Both the position numbers and the translations under genes were made by a program. DNA of 64,000 nucleotides from Planctomycetota bacterium (GTDB lineage Bacteria; Planctomycetota; JAJSAM01; JAJVHW01), in contig CBDFJG010000001.1 of the NCBI GenBank assembly GCA_965248445.1, positions 448,001-512,000 of the forward strand, read 5' to 3'. Below are positions 17,243-27,703 of this stretch, piece by piece. The notes beneath the pieces were generated by a model, which saw only the letters and a list, made by a program, of their open reading frames with translations, was not told where the DNA came from and ran no database searches. Numbering within the stretch: the stretch's first letter is position 1; every line of letters starts with the position of its first letter.

Positions 17243-18792
17243 ACCGTCCAGAACGGTTTGGCCGCAGCCGCTTCCGCGACGCGCTTCTCGAGTCGGTCCG
17301 CGTCGGCATCCGCGGCGTGGGCGCACCAGCCCTCGACGATGCCGGCCGCACGATCCAGCTCGCGCGCTGCGGCGGGATCGGACGGGCGTCCGATGCGCTC
17401 CATGAGAGTGCCCGCCACGTACACGTCGTTCAGGCGGCCCAGTCCATCCTGCAGACGCGATAGGCGCCGCGCGAATCGGGCGGCCGGACGGCGCTTGTAC
17501 AGCGAGCCGAAGAACTCGACGCCGTAGCGCAGTTTCTTGACGTCGATCCGGAGCGCGTGTCGTTCCTCCGGCGGCGCCGTCGGGAAGCGCTTGGCCTTTT
17601 TGCGCAACTTGGCGAACAGGCGGCCGAGCAGTTGAGCGCCGAGCTCACGGGCGGGCACGAACAACCGCGCGGAGTCGGCCGAGAGCTCCTGACGCCGCCA
17701 ACCGCGGGTCGCGATCCACTCGCCGAAGACCAGCACGGTGTCCGTGAACATCGGATCCGAGACCGCCTGTCGAGCGTTGGCCCGCGCCCGTGTCCGCGCT
17801 TCGCCGAGAGCTGCCACCAGGTGCGACAGCGACTCCTCGGACGGCAGTGCACGCACGATGGGCGCGACGAGTTCGTCGACGACGACATCGAGGTCGCGGA
17901 TGGGGCCGAGTCGCGCACCCAGTGCCTTGAGCAGCGCGTTCATGCGGCCGTGCTCTGTGGCCGGAAGCACGCCCTTGAACGTCGAGAGCACAGATCGGGC
18001 GCGGCGGCAGCCGACGCGCATCTGATGAACACCCTCGACGTCGTCGTTCTGCATCAGCGGGCGCTCGTTGGCCACGATCTGCTCGAGGGCGGAACCGAAG
18101 ATCGCGACCAGCGCGTCGTCCACGGTGGAGTCGCGATCGAGTTCGACGGCCCGCGCGCGCACCGGCTCCGGGAGCACGCCGTCCGTCAGCCGATATCCGC
18201 GCGCCGCCTTCGAGTCGACGGAGACGCGCAGCGGGACGGACGCGCGGATCTCACGGGCGATCTCGTAGATCGCCTCCGGAGCACCTCGCACGAGTTCGAG
18301 TTCAACCTCGCAGATCGGCTCGCGGCGATCGCCTGAGACGACCTCGCCGACATCGATGTCGAGGCTGATCGCTCCGTCCGCGACGCCGGTGCTCAGCTCG
18401 CGGGACGACCGGCGGATGTCCGTCCGGAACAGAGGCACGAGCGGTCGTTCCCCCACGGCGGCCTGCACTCTGGCTCGCAGGACGATGTCAGGGATCGCAT
18501 TTATGTCCGGCTGGAGCCCCGGCACGCGGATCTCGCTCTCGACGCGCACCAGGATGCCACCCGCTGAGGCGGCGTCCGTCTTGGCGCACTGGATGTGCGT
18601 CCTGCCGCGGCGCCGCACGCGCAGGGCGATCCCCCGCCGCCGCAGATCCTGGCCGGGCGTGTCGTAGTAGACGCTGAGCAGGTGCAGGTGCCGTGGGCGC
18701 CCTGACGCCCGGGCACGCAACTCCGGGATGCGCCGCAGCCTGTTGACCTGCGTCGCGTCGGCCAGGAGTTTCAGTTCGATCTCATTCGCCAT
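17239..18792 (-). CDS. CYTH plus CHAD domain protein (triphosphatase/polyphosphate-binding)
   Basis: EIELKL, YYDTP, LRVR and EVELEL; CHAD motifs VHQMRVGCRR, HALRIDVKKLRY and LQDGLGRLND. Confidence 0.9.
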   Translation of the reverse strand: MANEIELKLLADATQVNRLRRIPELRARASGRPRHLHLLSVYYDTPGQDLRRRGIALRVRRRGRTHIQCAKTDAASAGGILVRVESEIRVPGLQPDINAIPDIVLRARVQAAVGERPLVPLFRTDIRRSSRELSTGVADGAISLDIDVGEVVSGDRREPICEVELELVRGAPEAIYEIAREIRASVPLRVSVDSKAARGYRLTDGVLPEPVRARAVELDRDSTVDDALVAIFGSALEQIVANERPLMQNDDVEGVHQMRVGCRRARSVLSTFKGVLPATEHGRMNALLKALGARLGPIRDLDVVVDELVAPIVRALPSEESLSHLVAALGEARTRARANARQAVSDPMFTDTVLVFGEWIATRGWRRQELSADSARLFVPARELGAQLLGRLFAKLRKKAKRFPTAPPEERHALRIDVKKLRYGVEFFGSLYKRRPAARFARRLSRLQDGLGRLNDVYVAGTLMERIGRPSDPAAARELDRAAGIVEGWCAHAADADADRLEKRVAEAAAAKPFWTV

Positions 18793-18910
18793 TCCTGCTC
18801 CCGATCTCCGGCGCCCCGACCCCGAGCGCCCTGCTGGATGTTCGCACACCGGGCTCCGAGACCCGATTCTGGTCGGCACGCGCAGGCGTAGCGTTAGCGT
18901 TGCGCTTGCA

Positions 18911-19495
18911 GTGAGTGAGTCAGCACAACCGTTCGTGACCGTGGTCACCGGCGTGCCCAGATCGGGCACGTCGATGATGATGCGGATGCTCGAACAGGGC
19001 GGGCTGCCGCCGCTCACCGACACGCTCCGGACGGCGGACCGGGACAACCCGAACGGATACTACGAGTTCGAACCCGTCAAGCGCCTCCCGGACGACACGT
19101 CCTGGCTGCCGGACGCGGAAGGGCATGCCGTCAAGATGGTCTACGCGCTGTTGCGCCATCTACCGCTCGACCGCCCGTACCGGGTCGTTCTGATGACGCG
19201 CAACCTGGACGAAGTCGTCCGCTCGCAGAACCGGATGCTCGAACGCCTAGGTCGCCCACCGCGGAAGATCGCCGACGAGAAGGCGGTGGCAATGTTCCGC
19301 TCGCACCTGGTGGACACCGAACGGTGGCTTGACGCCGCGCCGAGCGTCACGTGGCGCAAGCTCGACTACAACGACCTGCTGCGCGACCCGGGCGCGGTGC
19401 TCGCTACACTGAACGAGATGTTCGGTGGATCTCTTGACGTCCCGACCATGAGCGCAGTCGTCGATCCGGCTCTCTATCGCAACCGCATCGAGTAA
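18911..19495 (+). CDS. Sulfotransferase family protein
   Basis: GVPRSGTSMMM (5'-PSB loop), NPNGYYE, R...EVVRSQ and VVDPALYRN. Confidence 0.85.
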   Translation: MSESAQPFVTVVTGVPRSGTSMMMRMLEQGGLPPLTDTLRTADRDNPNGYYEFEPVKRLPDDTSWLPDAEGHAVKMVYALLRHLPLDRPYRVVLMTRNLDEVVRSQNRMLERLGRPPRKIADEKAVAMFRSHLVDTERWLDAAPSVTWRKLDYNDLLRDPGAVLATLNEMFGGSLDVPTMSAVVDPALYRNRIE

Positions 19496-19527
19496 CCGCA
19501 CGGCGTTGCCGCGCTGCGTAGCCGCGC

Positions 19528-19866
19528 CTACTCGAACGAGGCGATCGCGTCGTCGACCGTGGGGTGCACGGCGAACACCTCGAGGAGGCCGAGTGTCGAG
19601 AAGCACTTCTGAATGAGCGGGGGTGGCGCGGCGATCGCGAACCCGCCGCCGCTCTTCTGCGCAGCCTTGTGCGCCTCGAGCAAGAGGACGATGGAGCCCG
19701 AGTCGAGGAAGGACGTCTTGGCGAGGTCCAGCACGATGCGGCTACCCGCCTCGTCGATGACGCGCGTGAACGCGCCGGGAGTCGCTTCCATCGCGCCTCG
19801 ATCGAAGTCGCCCTCGACTCGCACGACAGTCACGTCTCCGCGCTCGTCACTCAAGATGCGCAGCAT
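19528..19866 (-). CDS. STAS-domain anti-sigma factor antagonist
   Basis: 112 aa with IVLDL..SFLDSGS. Confidence 0.85.
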   Translation of the reverse strand: MLRILSDERGDVTVVRVEGDFDRGAMEATPGAFTRVIDEAGSRIVLDLAKTSFLDSGSIVLLLEAHKAAQKSGGGFAIAAPPPLIQKCFSTLGLLEVFAVHPTVDDAIASFE

Positions 19867-19902
19867 CGCGTCTCCGCTCCGGTTCCGTTCCCCTACCCGC
19901 CC

Positions 19903-20919
19903 TTATGACGAGGCGAGCCCCTGCAGCAGTTCCCCGGCCTTGAAGATCAGTTTCAGCGACTTCTCGACCTGCTTGTTCACGGCCTTGGGCGGCTTTCCGC
20001 CGTCCAGCTTCGAGCGCGCCTTCTCCCGCGCGCGCTTCCCGCCTCCGAGCATACCGAGCGCGCGCGCCTCCGGGGGCTTCCGCTTCGTCGGAATCGCCGT
20101 CTCGACCTGAGCAGCCGCGTTCTCGATGTGCTCGATCGCCGCGGCAATCTCCACCCGGGCCTGGGCTCGATCCGGCGCGTCCTTCTCCAGCCGGTAGAGG
20201 GCGGAGAGCCCGTCATCCCCGGCCAGGAACGTCTCGTGCAGGGCGTGCTCGAACCCACCGACGCAGACGGCCGCCGTCTGCACGACGCGCAGGTCGTCGA
20301 ACACCACCTTGCCGGGCTTCGTGACCTGGAACACCCCGAGCGTCGGGTAGACGGGGAACGTCTGTCCCGCGGCCGCCACCTCGCCGACGAGGGTCCAGGG
20401 GGCCGACTCCGAGGCCCGGGCCTGGAACGTCACGATCGAACCACTGTGGTCGATGGCGACGTACAGCAGGTTCGCCCCCGCGAAGAACTCGTCGCCGACG
20501 GCGGACCCCGACAGGTGCGTGGCACCGAACGTCTGGAGTCCCCCGGCAGTGCGCAGCACGACCGACGAGTAGAACTCGGTGGGCGGTCGGGCACCGGGGA
20601 GGGCCATCTCGATCGAGAAGCGACCGTTGTCCTCGAGCTTCGCGGCCGCCTTGTCGTCGTTCGCGCCGAGACACGCCTCCACGCGGAACGGCGGATAGAG
20701 CGGCCGTTCGTAGACGAGCGAGCCGGCCGCCTGCGGCCCCTCGGGATCGAGGGGGCCCTTGAGCTTGCTCGCCGCCTCGACAAAGCGGTCGCCCTTCTTG
20801 CTCTTGATCTTCCACTTGATGTCGTTGCCGCGCTGCGAGACCTTCCCCCCGACGAGTGCGCATCCCGGAAGCACCCACAGTGCGATTGCGAGCGCGGCGA
20901 TCGTGGCCGTGATCCTCAA
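19903..20919 (-). CDS. Hypothetical lipoprotein/secreted protein
   Basis: TTG start with GGAGGT RBS; lipobox-like LPGC; Lys-rich termini. Confidence 0.6.
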   Translation of the reverse strand: MRITATIAALAIALWVLPGCALVGGKVSQRGNDIKWKIKSKKGDRFVEAASKLKGPLDPEGPQAAGSLVYERPLYPPFRVEACLGANDDKAAAKLEDNGRFSIEMALPGARPPTEFYSSVVLRTAGGLQTFGATHLSGSAVGDEFFAGANLLYVAIDHSGSIVTFQARASESAPWTLVGEVAAAGQTFPVYPTLGVFQVTKPGKVVFDDLRVVQTAAVCVGGFEHALHETFLAGDDGLSALYRLEKDAPDRAQARVEIAAAIEHIENAAAQVETAIPTKRKPPEARALGMLGGGKRAREKARSKLDGGKPPKAVNKQVEKSLKLIFKAGELLQGLASS

Positions 20920-22127
20920 CTCTCCACCTCCGATCCCCAGGATACGCCACGGCCTCCGCGGTGCGTCACGCTCAACGCAAACCACGCGACCAGCGTGGCC
21001 GCTGTCATCACCCCGCCCACGACCAGGAGCACCGGGTGGAAGCCGTGGGCATCGACGCCCGCCCCGATGAAGGGGGCCATTCCGAAGAAGCACAGGCGGA
21101 AGATCAGGCTGCTGAGGGACAGGTAGCCAGCCCGGTCCTCGGATGGGACGCGCATCTGCTCCTCGTGCAGGAGCGCAGGCGAGCGAACGCCGCGCAGGAA
21201 CGTCAGGGCGAAGTACCAGACGAACCCGAACAGCCCAAACGAGAGGGCCATGCCGCCGTACCCCACGCCCACCAGCACCACGCACCCGAGCAGCGCGGGC
21301 AGGAGTCCGATGCGCGTGATGATGCGGTCGCTCCCGAGCGCGGCGAACGCGACTGTGAAGTTGGCGACCGCCCAGATCGGTCCGATCCACGCGTCGGGCA
21401 CGCCGGCTTCACGCGCGTAGAGCGGGAGCATCCAGACCGGGACGAACGTCGCGAGACCGAACGCGGTGCTCGCGAAGACGATCGCCGCCAGCTTGCGATC
21501 GCCGCCGAACACGCGCCCGAGCATTCGCACCATCTGCAGCATGTGTCCGCCCGAGGGCGGCTTCGGCCGCCGTGGCTCGACCAGCCGCAGCACGACGAAG
21601 AACGCCGCGATCCAGGCGACGACCTGCATCACGAACGGGAGCCGTGGCCACGCCGCATACAGCAGGCCCGCTGAGAGCGCGGCGACGGCCTCCGAACTCT
21701 GTCCGAAGAACCGCCTCCGTCCGTCCCACTTGCGGAACGAGCGTTCCTGTCCCGCCTCCCGCAGTGATTCGAACAGGAGCGCGACGTCGCAACCGGAGAT
21801 CAGCGCGAGGCCCGCACCGAGGATGATCTCCGCCAGCAGTGCGATGGCGAAGTCGTTCGCCACGACGTAGACGGACCAGCCCACCACCTGGAGACACACG
21901 GCGAGTAGCAGCGTGCGGCGGTACCCCAGCCGGTCCGCCACATAGCCGGACGGGAACTCGAGCGCCGCAACCGAGACCCCGAACAGACCCTGCAAGAGGA
22001 AGATCTCGCGCATCGACATGCCGAGTGCGTCTTGCCAGAAGAGCGTGACGATGGCGACCGGGAAGAGCGCCATCATCAGCGCCTGGAACGCCATCAGGAG
22101 ACGCGGGTTGCGGCTTGAGTCGTTCAC
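20916..22127 (-). CDS. MFS transporter
   Basis: About 12 TM helices; EFPSGYVADRLGYRRTL. Confidence 0.88.
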   Translation of the reverse strand: MNDSSRNPRLLMAFQALMMALFPVAIVTLFWQDALGMSMREIFLLQGLFGVSVAALEFPSGYVADRLGYRRTLLLAVCLQVVGWSVYVVANDFAIALLAEIILGAGLALISGCDVALLFESLREAGQERSFRKWDGRRRFFGQSSEAVAALSAGLLYAAWPRLPFVMQVVAWIAAFFVVLRLVEPRRPKPPSGGHMLQMVRMLGRVFGGDRKLAAIVFASTAFGLATFVPVWMLPLYAREAGVPDAWIGPIWAVANFTVAFAALGSDRIITRIGLLPALLGCVVLVGVGYGGMALSFGLFGFVWYFALTFLRGVRSPALLHEEQMRVPSEDRAGYLSLSSLIFRLCFFGMAPFIGAGVDAHGFHPVLLVVGGVMTAATLVAWFALSVTHRGGRGVSWGSEVES

Positions 22128-22202
22128 GCCGCCGAGGGTCGGCCGTGGGCACGGGCCGGGCGAGTTCTGCTCGCGCGCGCCGGCGAGACAGAATGCCATC
22201 GC

Positions 22203-22967
22203 GTGCGCGACCTGCTCTCCCGGCCGATACGACTCTCACTCGTCCTCGCGATCCTGGTCGCGGCGACCGGCGCAGTCTGGTCGTTCGGGCCGATCCCTCA
22301 AGACCAGGCGTACCACGCGTTCGCCGACACGCGCACCTGTCTCGGCTGCAGCAACTGCGGCGACGTGTTCTCGAACTTGCCGTTCTTGCTCGTCGGGTTC
22401 TTCGGCCTGCGCGCACTCTTGGCAGGACGCGTGGTCGTGCGGGCCCCGTGGGAGCGGCGCGCCTGGGGCGTCTTGTTCGCCGGCATTGCCCTCACAGCGT
22501 TCGGATCGGCGTACTACCACCTGGCACCGGACGACGCGCGACTGGCGTGGGACCGGTATCCGATGACGCTCGTGTTCACGTCACTGACAGCGCTGCTGGT
22601 GGGCGAGCGCGTCAGCCCGTGGCTGGGCAAGCACCTGCTCTGGCCGCTCATCATCGCCGGAGTCGGAAGCGTGGCGCTGTGGCGCTACGGCAACGGCGAT
22701 CTGCGGCTCTACGCGACCCTGCACTACGTCCCGCTCGCGGGCGTGCCGCTGCTGCTCTGGCTCTTCCCCCGCCGGTACACCCGCGCCCTCGACCTGCTCG
22801 TCTGCGGCGTGCTGTACGGCATCGCCAAGGCGACCGAGGCGCTCGACCACGAGGTCTTCGAGGCGCTCGGCATCGTCAGCGGCCACACGCTGAAGCACCT
22901 GTTCGCAGCCGCGTGCACCGCGATGCTCGTCGTGCATGCGGTCCGCCGCGAGCGGATCAGCGACTGA
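22203..22967 (+). CDS. Alkaline (phyto)ceramidase-like CREST membrane hydrolase
   Basis: YHAFADTR, SNLPF, GSAYYHLAP, WDRYPM and SGHTLKHL. Confidence 0.85.
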   Translation: MRDLLSRPIRLSLVLAILVAATGAVWSFGPIPQDQAYHAFADTRTCLGCSNCGDVFSNLPFLLVGFFGLRALLAGRVVVRAPWERRAWGVLFAGIALTAFGSAYYHLAPDDARLAWDRYPMTLVFTSLTALLVGERVSPWLGKHLLWPLIIAGVGSVALWRYGNGDLRLYATLHYVPLAGVPLLLWLFPRRYTRALDLLVCGVLYGIAKATEALDHEVFEALGIVSGHTLKHLFAAACTAMLVVHAVRRERISD

Positions 22968-23025
22968 CCGCGCGTGCGGTAGGCTGTCCCACTGTCCATC
23001 GCGACTGGAACCCGGAGAACCTCAG

Positions 23026-23451
23026 ATGAGCAGCAAGAAGGTCCTGATCGGCGCGGCGGTGCTGATCGTCGGCGTCGTCGGCTACGTGTCGGTGTTCATG
23101 GGTCACTCCGCCGCGTCCCTGACGCCCGTGGAGGCCGGCAGTACGGCCAAAGCCGGGTTGATCTCGTCCGGCGAAGCGGTGGATCTCGCAGCCCACGCGC
23201 GGGCACAGGGGCTGACCGTCTTCGAATTCATGTCGCCCATGTGAATGGGCTGCAAGGTGCTCGCGCCTCGGGTCGAGGCGCTCGTGAACGGCCGGGACGA
23301 CGCGACGCTGCGGGTCATCAACATCGGGGGCGGCAGTTCCGCCGTGGTCAACCAGTACCAGGTGCCGTCGGTCCCCTACCTCGTGCTCTACGAGGACGGC
23401 GTCGAGGTCGCGAGGGGCCGCGAAGAAGTGCTCGCCCGCCTGGGCGACTGA
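23026..23451 (+). CDS. Membrane-anchored thioredoxin-family selenoprotein (UxxC; TGA at 23242-23244 read as Sec)
   Basis: Two in-frame ORFs joined by TGA give VFEFMSPM-U-MGC-KVLAP...VINI...QYQVPSVPYLVLY, a complete Trx fold with cis-Pro. A SECIS-like hairpin follows. Confidence 0.85.
23263..23281 (+). promoter_or_regulatory. Putative bacterial SECIS element
   Basis: Perfect 8-bp stem GCGCCTCG-GGT-CGAGGCGC with a G-first loop 26 nt after the UGA. Confidence 0.7.
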
Positions 23452-25479
23452 TCAGTCCGCGGGCAGCACCCTGCGCAGCGGGTCGAGGGCCCGCGCCCGT
23501 GCGAGCAGCGCCTCCCGAACGTCTGCATCATCGGTGCGTCGCGCCGCGGCGTGGACCAGCGCGGCACGCAGGTGCGCCGGCAGCCGCACCTCGCGGGCCG
23601 GGAGCTGCGGCAGATCGTCGAGCAGTTCTCGCTTGAGGCTCGTCCTGGCAAACCCGGAGAGTCCGTTGAAGAGGATGTCCACGAGCGCGGTGTCGCCGCT
23701 CCGCACGAACTCGGCAGCGAGCTGGACCTTCGTCAGGTCACCCAACTGAACGAGCGGCTCCGGACCCGCCGACACCAGCGCTCGCGCCGCCGCGACCGCA
23801 GAATCCAAGTCCTGCGCCGTCAAGACGGTGATCTCGATGAGAGCGCGCGGCTCGTCCTCCAGCTCCGCCGCAAGCTCCCTGGCCACGGCCGCGTCTCCGC
23901 CCTCCGCCGCGAGCATCGCCCGCCCCCACGTCGAGAACGCTGCATCGCTGCCTTCCGGCGGCAGGAACGCGCTGACGGGCTTCGACTCGATGCCGGGGTG
24001 GAGCACACGGTTCCGCTGGTAGACCGGGAGCACGTCGAACTCGAGCTGGTGCGGCTCCATCTTGGCAAGACGCGCATCCAGCTCGTTGAGCGCTCCTTCC
24101 GCATCCCCCATCGCGGTCAGCGCGGTGGCCAAGTCGGAGAGCATGGTTACGTGCCGCGGCTGGTCCACCACGACGCGGTAGTGCGGGATCGACTCTTCGA
24201 AGAACCCGTTCGAGGACAGCGAGTGCGCGTAGCTGGCGTGGAGCCATGGCGAGCCGGGCGTGTTCTCCAGTCCCGCCTCATAGATGGCGCGAGACTCTCC
24301 GAGCGGCAGCAGACGCGCGAGCAGCATCGTGTTCTTCTCACTGGGGTCGGCTGCGTGCTGGGTACGGAACCGCTCGGTGAGTGCGGACGGACGTCGGCTG
24401 CGCAGCAGCACCGATTGGTGCAGCAACGCCACGTCGAAGTCGTCTGGCGCCAGTTCGGTCGCGCGCGGCGTCAGCGACTCGGCGAGAGCCGGTTCATCGG
24501 CCAGGTCGGCGAAGGTCGTGGCGGTCGTCACCGCATGTGAGTCGATCGGTGGAACGGTCGCCGCAGCGGCGGCCAAGCGCGCCGCCTCCTTCGAACGGTT
24601 GCGCTCGAGCCACCAGCTCGCGGTCCTCCACCACCCGCCCTCGGCTTGGTCCACCACCATGCGCGTTGCCACGTTCTTGCCGCGCGGGATCTCCACCTCG
24701 TCCGGTGTCGGCTCGAAGACGTGGTCGGCGTCCTCGTACACCTGCCACGCCGCGCCGGTCGGGATGTCCATGTGCTCGGCGGCGCTGGTCTCCTGCTCGG
24801 TCGCGTTGAAGGCGTACACGACCGCCCGACGGTGGACCGCCGCCGCACCGAGCGGGTTGTAGACGACCGCGTCCGCACGCCCGGGCACGTCGACGTCGCG
24901 CTCGTCCACGACATACCCTTCCGGCGTGATCGCAGAGACGTGCAGCGCACCCGCCGAGACCTCTACTTTGCGCACCTGACCGGGCTCGACGCGCAGCGCC
25001 TCCTCGCCGAGCCGGATGTCGAGTGCGACATCGAGTCCGTTCACGACGTGCACATCCGCTTCCGAGCCCGCCTTGAAGATGAAGATGGCGACCATGAGCA
25101 CGGCAAGGGCCGCCAGGGCGAGAACCCCGCGGCGCTTGCCCTTGGCGGACTCCGACATCGGGACCTTCCCGTGGAAGTACCAGCCCTTGTCCTCGGCATC
25201 GCTTACGAGGTACTGCGCGATCGGGAACACGGGGACCCAGAACACGCTGAACGCGAGCGTCTTGATGTACGTGCCGTCGTCCGCCGGCGACGAGCGTCCG
25301 TACATCCCGGTGCCGACGCCGTTCAATCGGCCCAGACTCGGCGGCTTACACTCCCGCACGTTCGCGCGCTGGTCGTCGAGGAACGCACCCTGCGCTTCGG
25401 ATCCCCGCATCGCCTCAGAAGCAAAGTCCTCGCCCGCGTGCCCGCCGAAGTCCTGATCGTCGCTCACAGACTCCTCCAT
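23452..25479 (-). CDS. Hypothetical membrane protein with a TPR-like helical C-terminus
   Basis: 675 aa; NGVGTGMYG...FWVPVFPIAQY, a TM helix, then Ala/Leu-rich helical repeats. Confidence 0.7.
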   Translation of the reverse strand: MEESVSDDQDFGGHAGEDFASEAMRGSEAQGAFLDDQRANVRECKPPSLGRLNGVGTGMYGRSSPADDGTYIKTLAFSVFWVPVFPIAQYLVSDAEDKGWYFHGKVPMSESAKGKRRGVLALAALAVLMVAIFIFKAGSEADVHVVNGLDVALDIRLGEEALRVEPGQVRKVEVSAGALHVSAITPEGYVVDERDVDVPGRADAVVYNPLGAAAVHRRAVVYAFNATEQETSAAEHMDIPTGAAWQVYEDADHVFEPTPDEVEIPRGKNVATRMVVDQAEGGWWRTASWWLERNRSKEAARLAAAAATVPPIDSHAVTTATTFADLADEPALAESLTPRATELAPDDFDVALLHQSVLLRSRRPSALTERFRTQHAADPSEKNTMLLARLLPLGESRAIYEAGLENTPGSPWLHASYAHSLSSNGFFEESIPHYRVVVDQPRHVTMLSDLATALTAMGDAEGALNELDARLAKMEPHQLEFDVLPVYQRNRVLHPGIESKPVSAFLPPEGSDAAFSTWGRAMLAAEGGDAAVARELAAELEDEPRALIEITVLTAQDLDSAVAAARALVSAGPEPLVQLGDLTKVQLAAEFVRSGDTALVDILFNGLSGFARTSLKRELLDDLPQLPAREVRLPAHLRAALVHAAARRTDDADVREALLARARALDPLRRVLPAD

Positions 25480-25512
25480 CGGCAGGCTACGAGAGGGGAT
25501 TGACGCCGCGGC

Positions 25513-26715
25513 TCACTTCACCGGCGTCATGCGGTGAGCCGGCCACGGATCGCCAACCCGCCAGGTGAACTGCAACGGCTGGTGACCCAGCGCGGCGAGG
25601 GAGACTTCGATGACCAGATGGCGCCACGCCTCGTCCGCCTCGTCCTCGCCCATCACTCGCGCCTCGCTGACCGCTTCCACATGGGCCGCTTGGACGTCAA
25701 ACGGCTCGCCGTCCGACGTCACGACGTCGCTCAAGAGGTCTGCGACAGGCACCGAAAGGCCGACGTACACGGAGCCCTCGCGAACGCGTCGCCCGCTGAC
25801 CGCACAGCGGACGGTCGTGCCGCCCTCCGGCACCAGGTTGACGCGGCGCGACGCAACTCCGATGCGCGTCGCTTCGAGGATGGTTCCCAGGTCGAACCCC
25901 GAGCCATCGTCCTCGATGTCTCGAACCCGCCGCCCGCTGCTCCCCCCACGCCGCCCACCAAATCTCAGATTCCACTGCAATCGGTCGTGCCGACGGACCG
26001 ACGCCCAGTCCGGAGCAGTCGGAATTCGGCTCGACGAGTGGTTGTTCCGGCCAACGCCGCTCGTGACTCGGAAGATGCGTTCGCCACTGGCGGTGAACAC
26101 CAGCGCCCGCACCGGCAGAGTGCGAGGCATGGCGACGCGCAATGCAACCTCGTTCTCTCCGGACGAGATGGTGAAAGACGGAGGGTCCTCGGACGTGTGA
26201 CGCTGGAAGTCGCAGCGTGCGCGATACGTACCGGGAGGCAGGCCGGCGAGGACTTTGCCGTCGGTGGGAACGTGGCCGCTCCATTGAATGTGGTCCCCGG
26301 CGCTCCACCCGTCGTGCGCGGACACCCCGATCCGCCAGAGGTCGACCGCGACCGTCAACACCGGGCGCAGTGTCTCCCCGTCGACGAGACGCAGCCACAG
26401 AGTCGCGTCACCGCTGCCCTTCACTTCATCGGGGACTGTGCCCTCGTTACCGGGCAGGTACTCGGCGTCGGTAGCCTCCGCGTCGTCGACCTCGACGGAC
26501 GGCGCGTCCTGGGACGGCTGCGCCTCGAGGCGCACGCGGCCCGGCTCTACCTCCGCAGCAGGCGGCACGACCGTGATCGGAGCAGGGGGAGTGACCGGTA
26601 CACCGCCCGTCTCACCGCTGCACCGGTCGGAGAGCAGGACCAGGAGGATCAGCGCGACTACCGCCGCCAGGGTGCTCAGCGTGACGAGGTGAGGCAGGAG
26701 CCGGCGCCGTTCCAC
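25513..26715 (-). CDS. Hypothetical membrane-anchored protein (carboxypeptidase-regulatory-like region)
   Basis: GTG start, N-terminal TM helix and GLPPGTYRARC; directly follows the hcrB-like gene. Confidence 0.6.
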   Translation of the reverse strand: MERRRLLPHLVTLSTLAAVVALILLVLLSDRCSGETGGVPVTPPAPITVVPPAAEVEPGRVRLEAQPSQDAPSVEVDDAEATDAEYLPGNEGTVPDEVKGSGDATLWLRLVDGETLRPVLTVAVDLWRIGVSAHDGWSAGDHIQWSGHVPTDGKVLAGLPPGTYRARCDFQRHTSEDPPSFTISSGENEVALRVAMPRTLPVRALVFTASGERIFRVTSGVGRNNHSSSRIPTAPDWASVRRHDRLQWNLRFGGRRGGSSGRRVRDIEDDGSGFDLGTILEATRIGVASRRVNLVPEGGTTVRCAVSGRRVREGSVYVGLSVPVADLLSDVVTSDGEPFDVQAAHVEAVSEARVMGEDEADEAWRHLVIEVSLAALGHQPLQFTWRVGDPWPAHRMTPVK

Positions 26716-26725
26716 GGCGTGCAGA

Positions 26726-27703
26726 CTACTCGTCGCCGCGGATCTCGCGCATCGCGCGGGCGGCCATGACGCCGGCCATCTGCTTGCGATAGGCCGGCGG
26801 GAGCAGCGTCGCGCGGACCGGCTTGACGGCCTTGGTGACCGCCGCGGAGATCGCGTCGATCGTGGCGTCATCGAGCTCTCGGCCGACGAACTGCGCCGCG
26901 ACCTCGTCGAGCGGCACCGGGATCGCGGCAACAGCGTTGGCGACGAGGTTCAGCTCCGCGATCGTGTCGCCGTCGAGTCGCGCAGACGCCGCGATGGCGA
27001 GCTCCGGGAAGTCCCAGGCCTCGCGCACGCGGAACTTCTGGTAAGACGCGCGCATGGTCTTCGCGTCCGACGGGATCGACAGTGAGACGATGATCTCCTC
27101 TCGCTTCTTGACGTTCCGCGTGATGCCGTCGAGCGCGAAGAATTCGGACAGCAGCATGGACCGCGTACCCTCCGGCCCCGCGAGGTCGATCTGTGCGCCC
27201 AGCACCATGAACACCGGCGCGAGGTCGCCCGAGTAGTTCGCGTAGCAGATGTCGGTCGAGCCCTTCACGACGCGGCACTCCGGGCCGTCGGCCTTCAGGC
27301 ACTTGCCGAGCGCCTGCCGCGCGAACTCGGACTGGTTCAGCCAGATGCAGCGGGTGTCCACCAGGATGTTGCCCGCGACGGTGCCCGTCTGCCGGATGAG
27401 CGGGGACGCGAGCCGGTCGAGCGTCCGCACGAACACCGGGAAGTCGTTGAGGAAGTCCTCGTCCTCTTCGAGTTGCGAGAGCGTGAGCCCCCCGCCGAGG
27501 CTGCCGTTCGTGCGCCGGTTCAGTTCCTCGATGTGCCGCAGGCTGATCACCGTCGGCTGCGCGTTGATGCCCCACTTGTAGTTGCAGAGCAGATCGGTGC
27601 CGCCGCCCAGGTAGTCGAAGCGGCCGTCCGCGTCACGCGCGTCGGCAACCGCCTCGTCGACGCTCTTCGGCCGCTTGAGGTCGAACTCCGGCAGGATCAT
27701 CAT
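26726..27703 (-). CDS. hcrB: 4-hydroxybenzoyl-CoA reductase beta-like FAD/[4Fe-4S] subunit
   Basis: LGGGTDL and GTVAGN, plus the four-Cys insertion DTRC..NQSE..CLK..C..CYA..GDLAP typical of HcrB. Confidence 0.75.
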   Translation of the reverse strand: MMILPEFDLKRPKSVDEAVADARDADGRFDYLGGGTDLLCNYKWGINAQPTVISLRHIEELNRRTNGSLGGGLTLSQLEEDEDFLNDFPVFVRTLDRLASPLIRQTGTVAGNILVDTRCIWLNQSEFARQALGKCLKADGPECRVVKGSTDICYANYSGDLAPVFMVLGAQIDLAGPEGTRSMLLSEFFALDGITRNVKKREEIIVSLSIPSDAKTMRASYQKFRVREAWDFPELAIAASARLDGDTIAELNLVANAVAAIPVPLDEVAAQFVGRELDDATIDAISAAVTKAVKPVRATLLPPAYRKQMAGVMAARAMREIRGDE

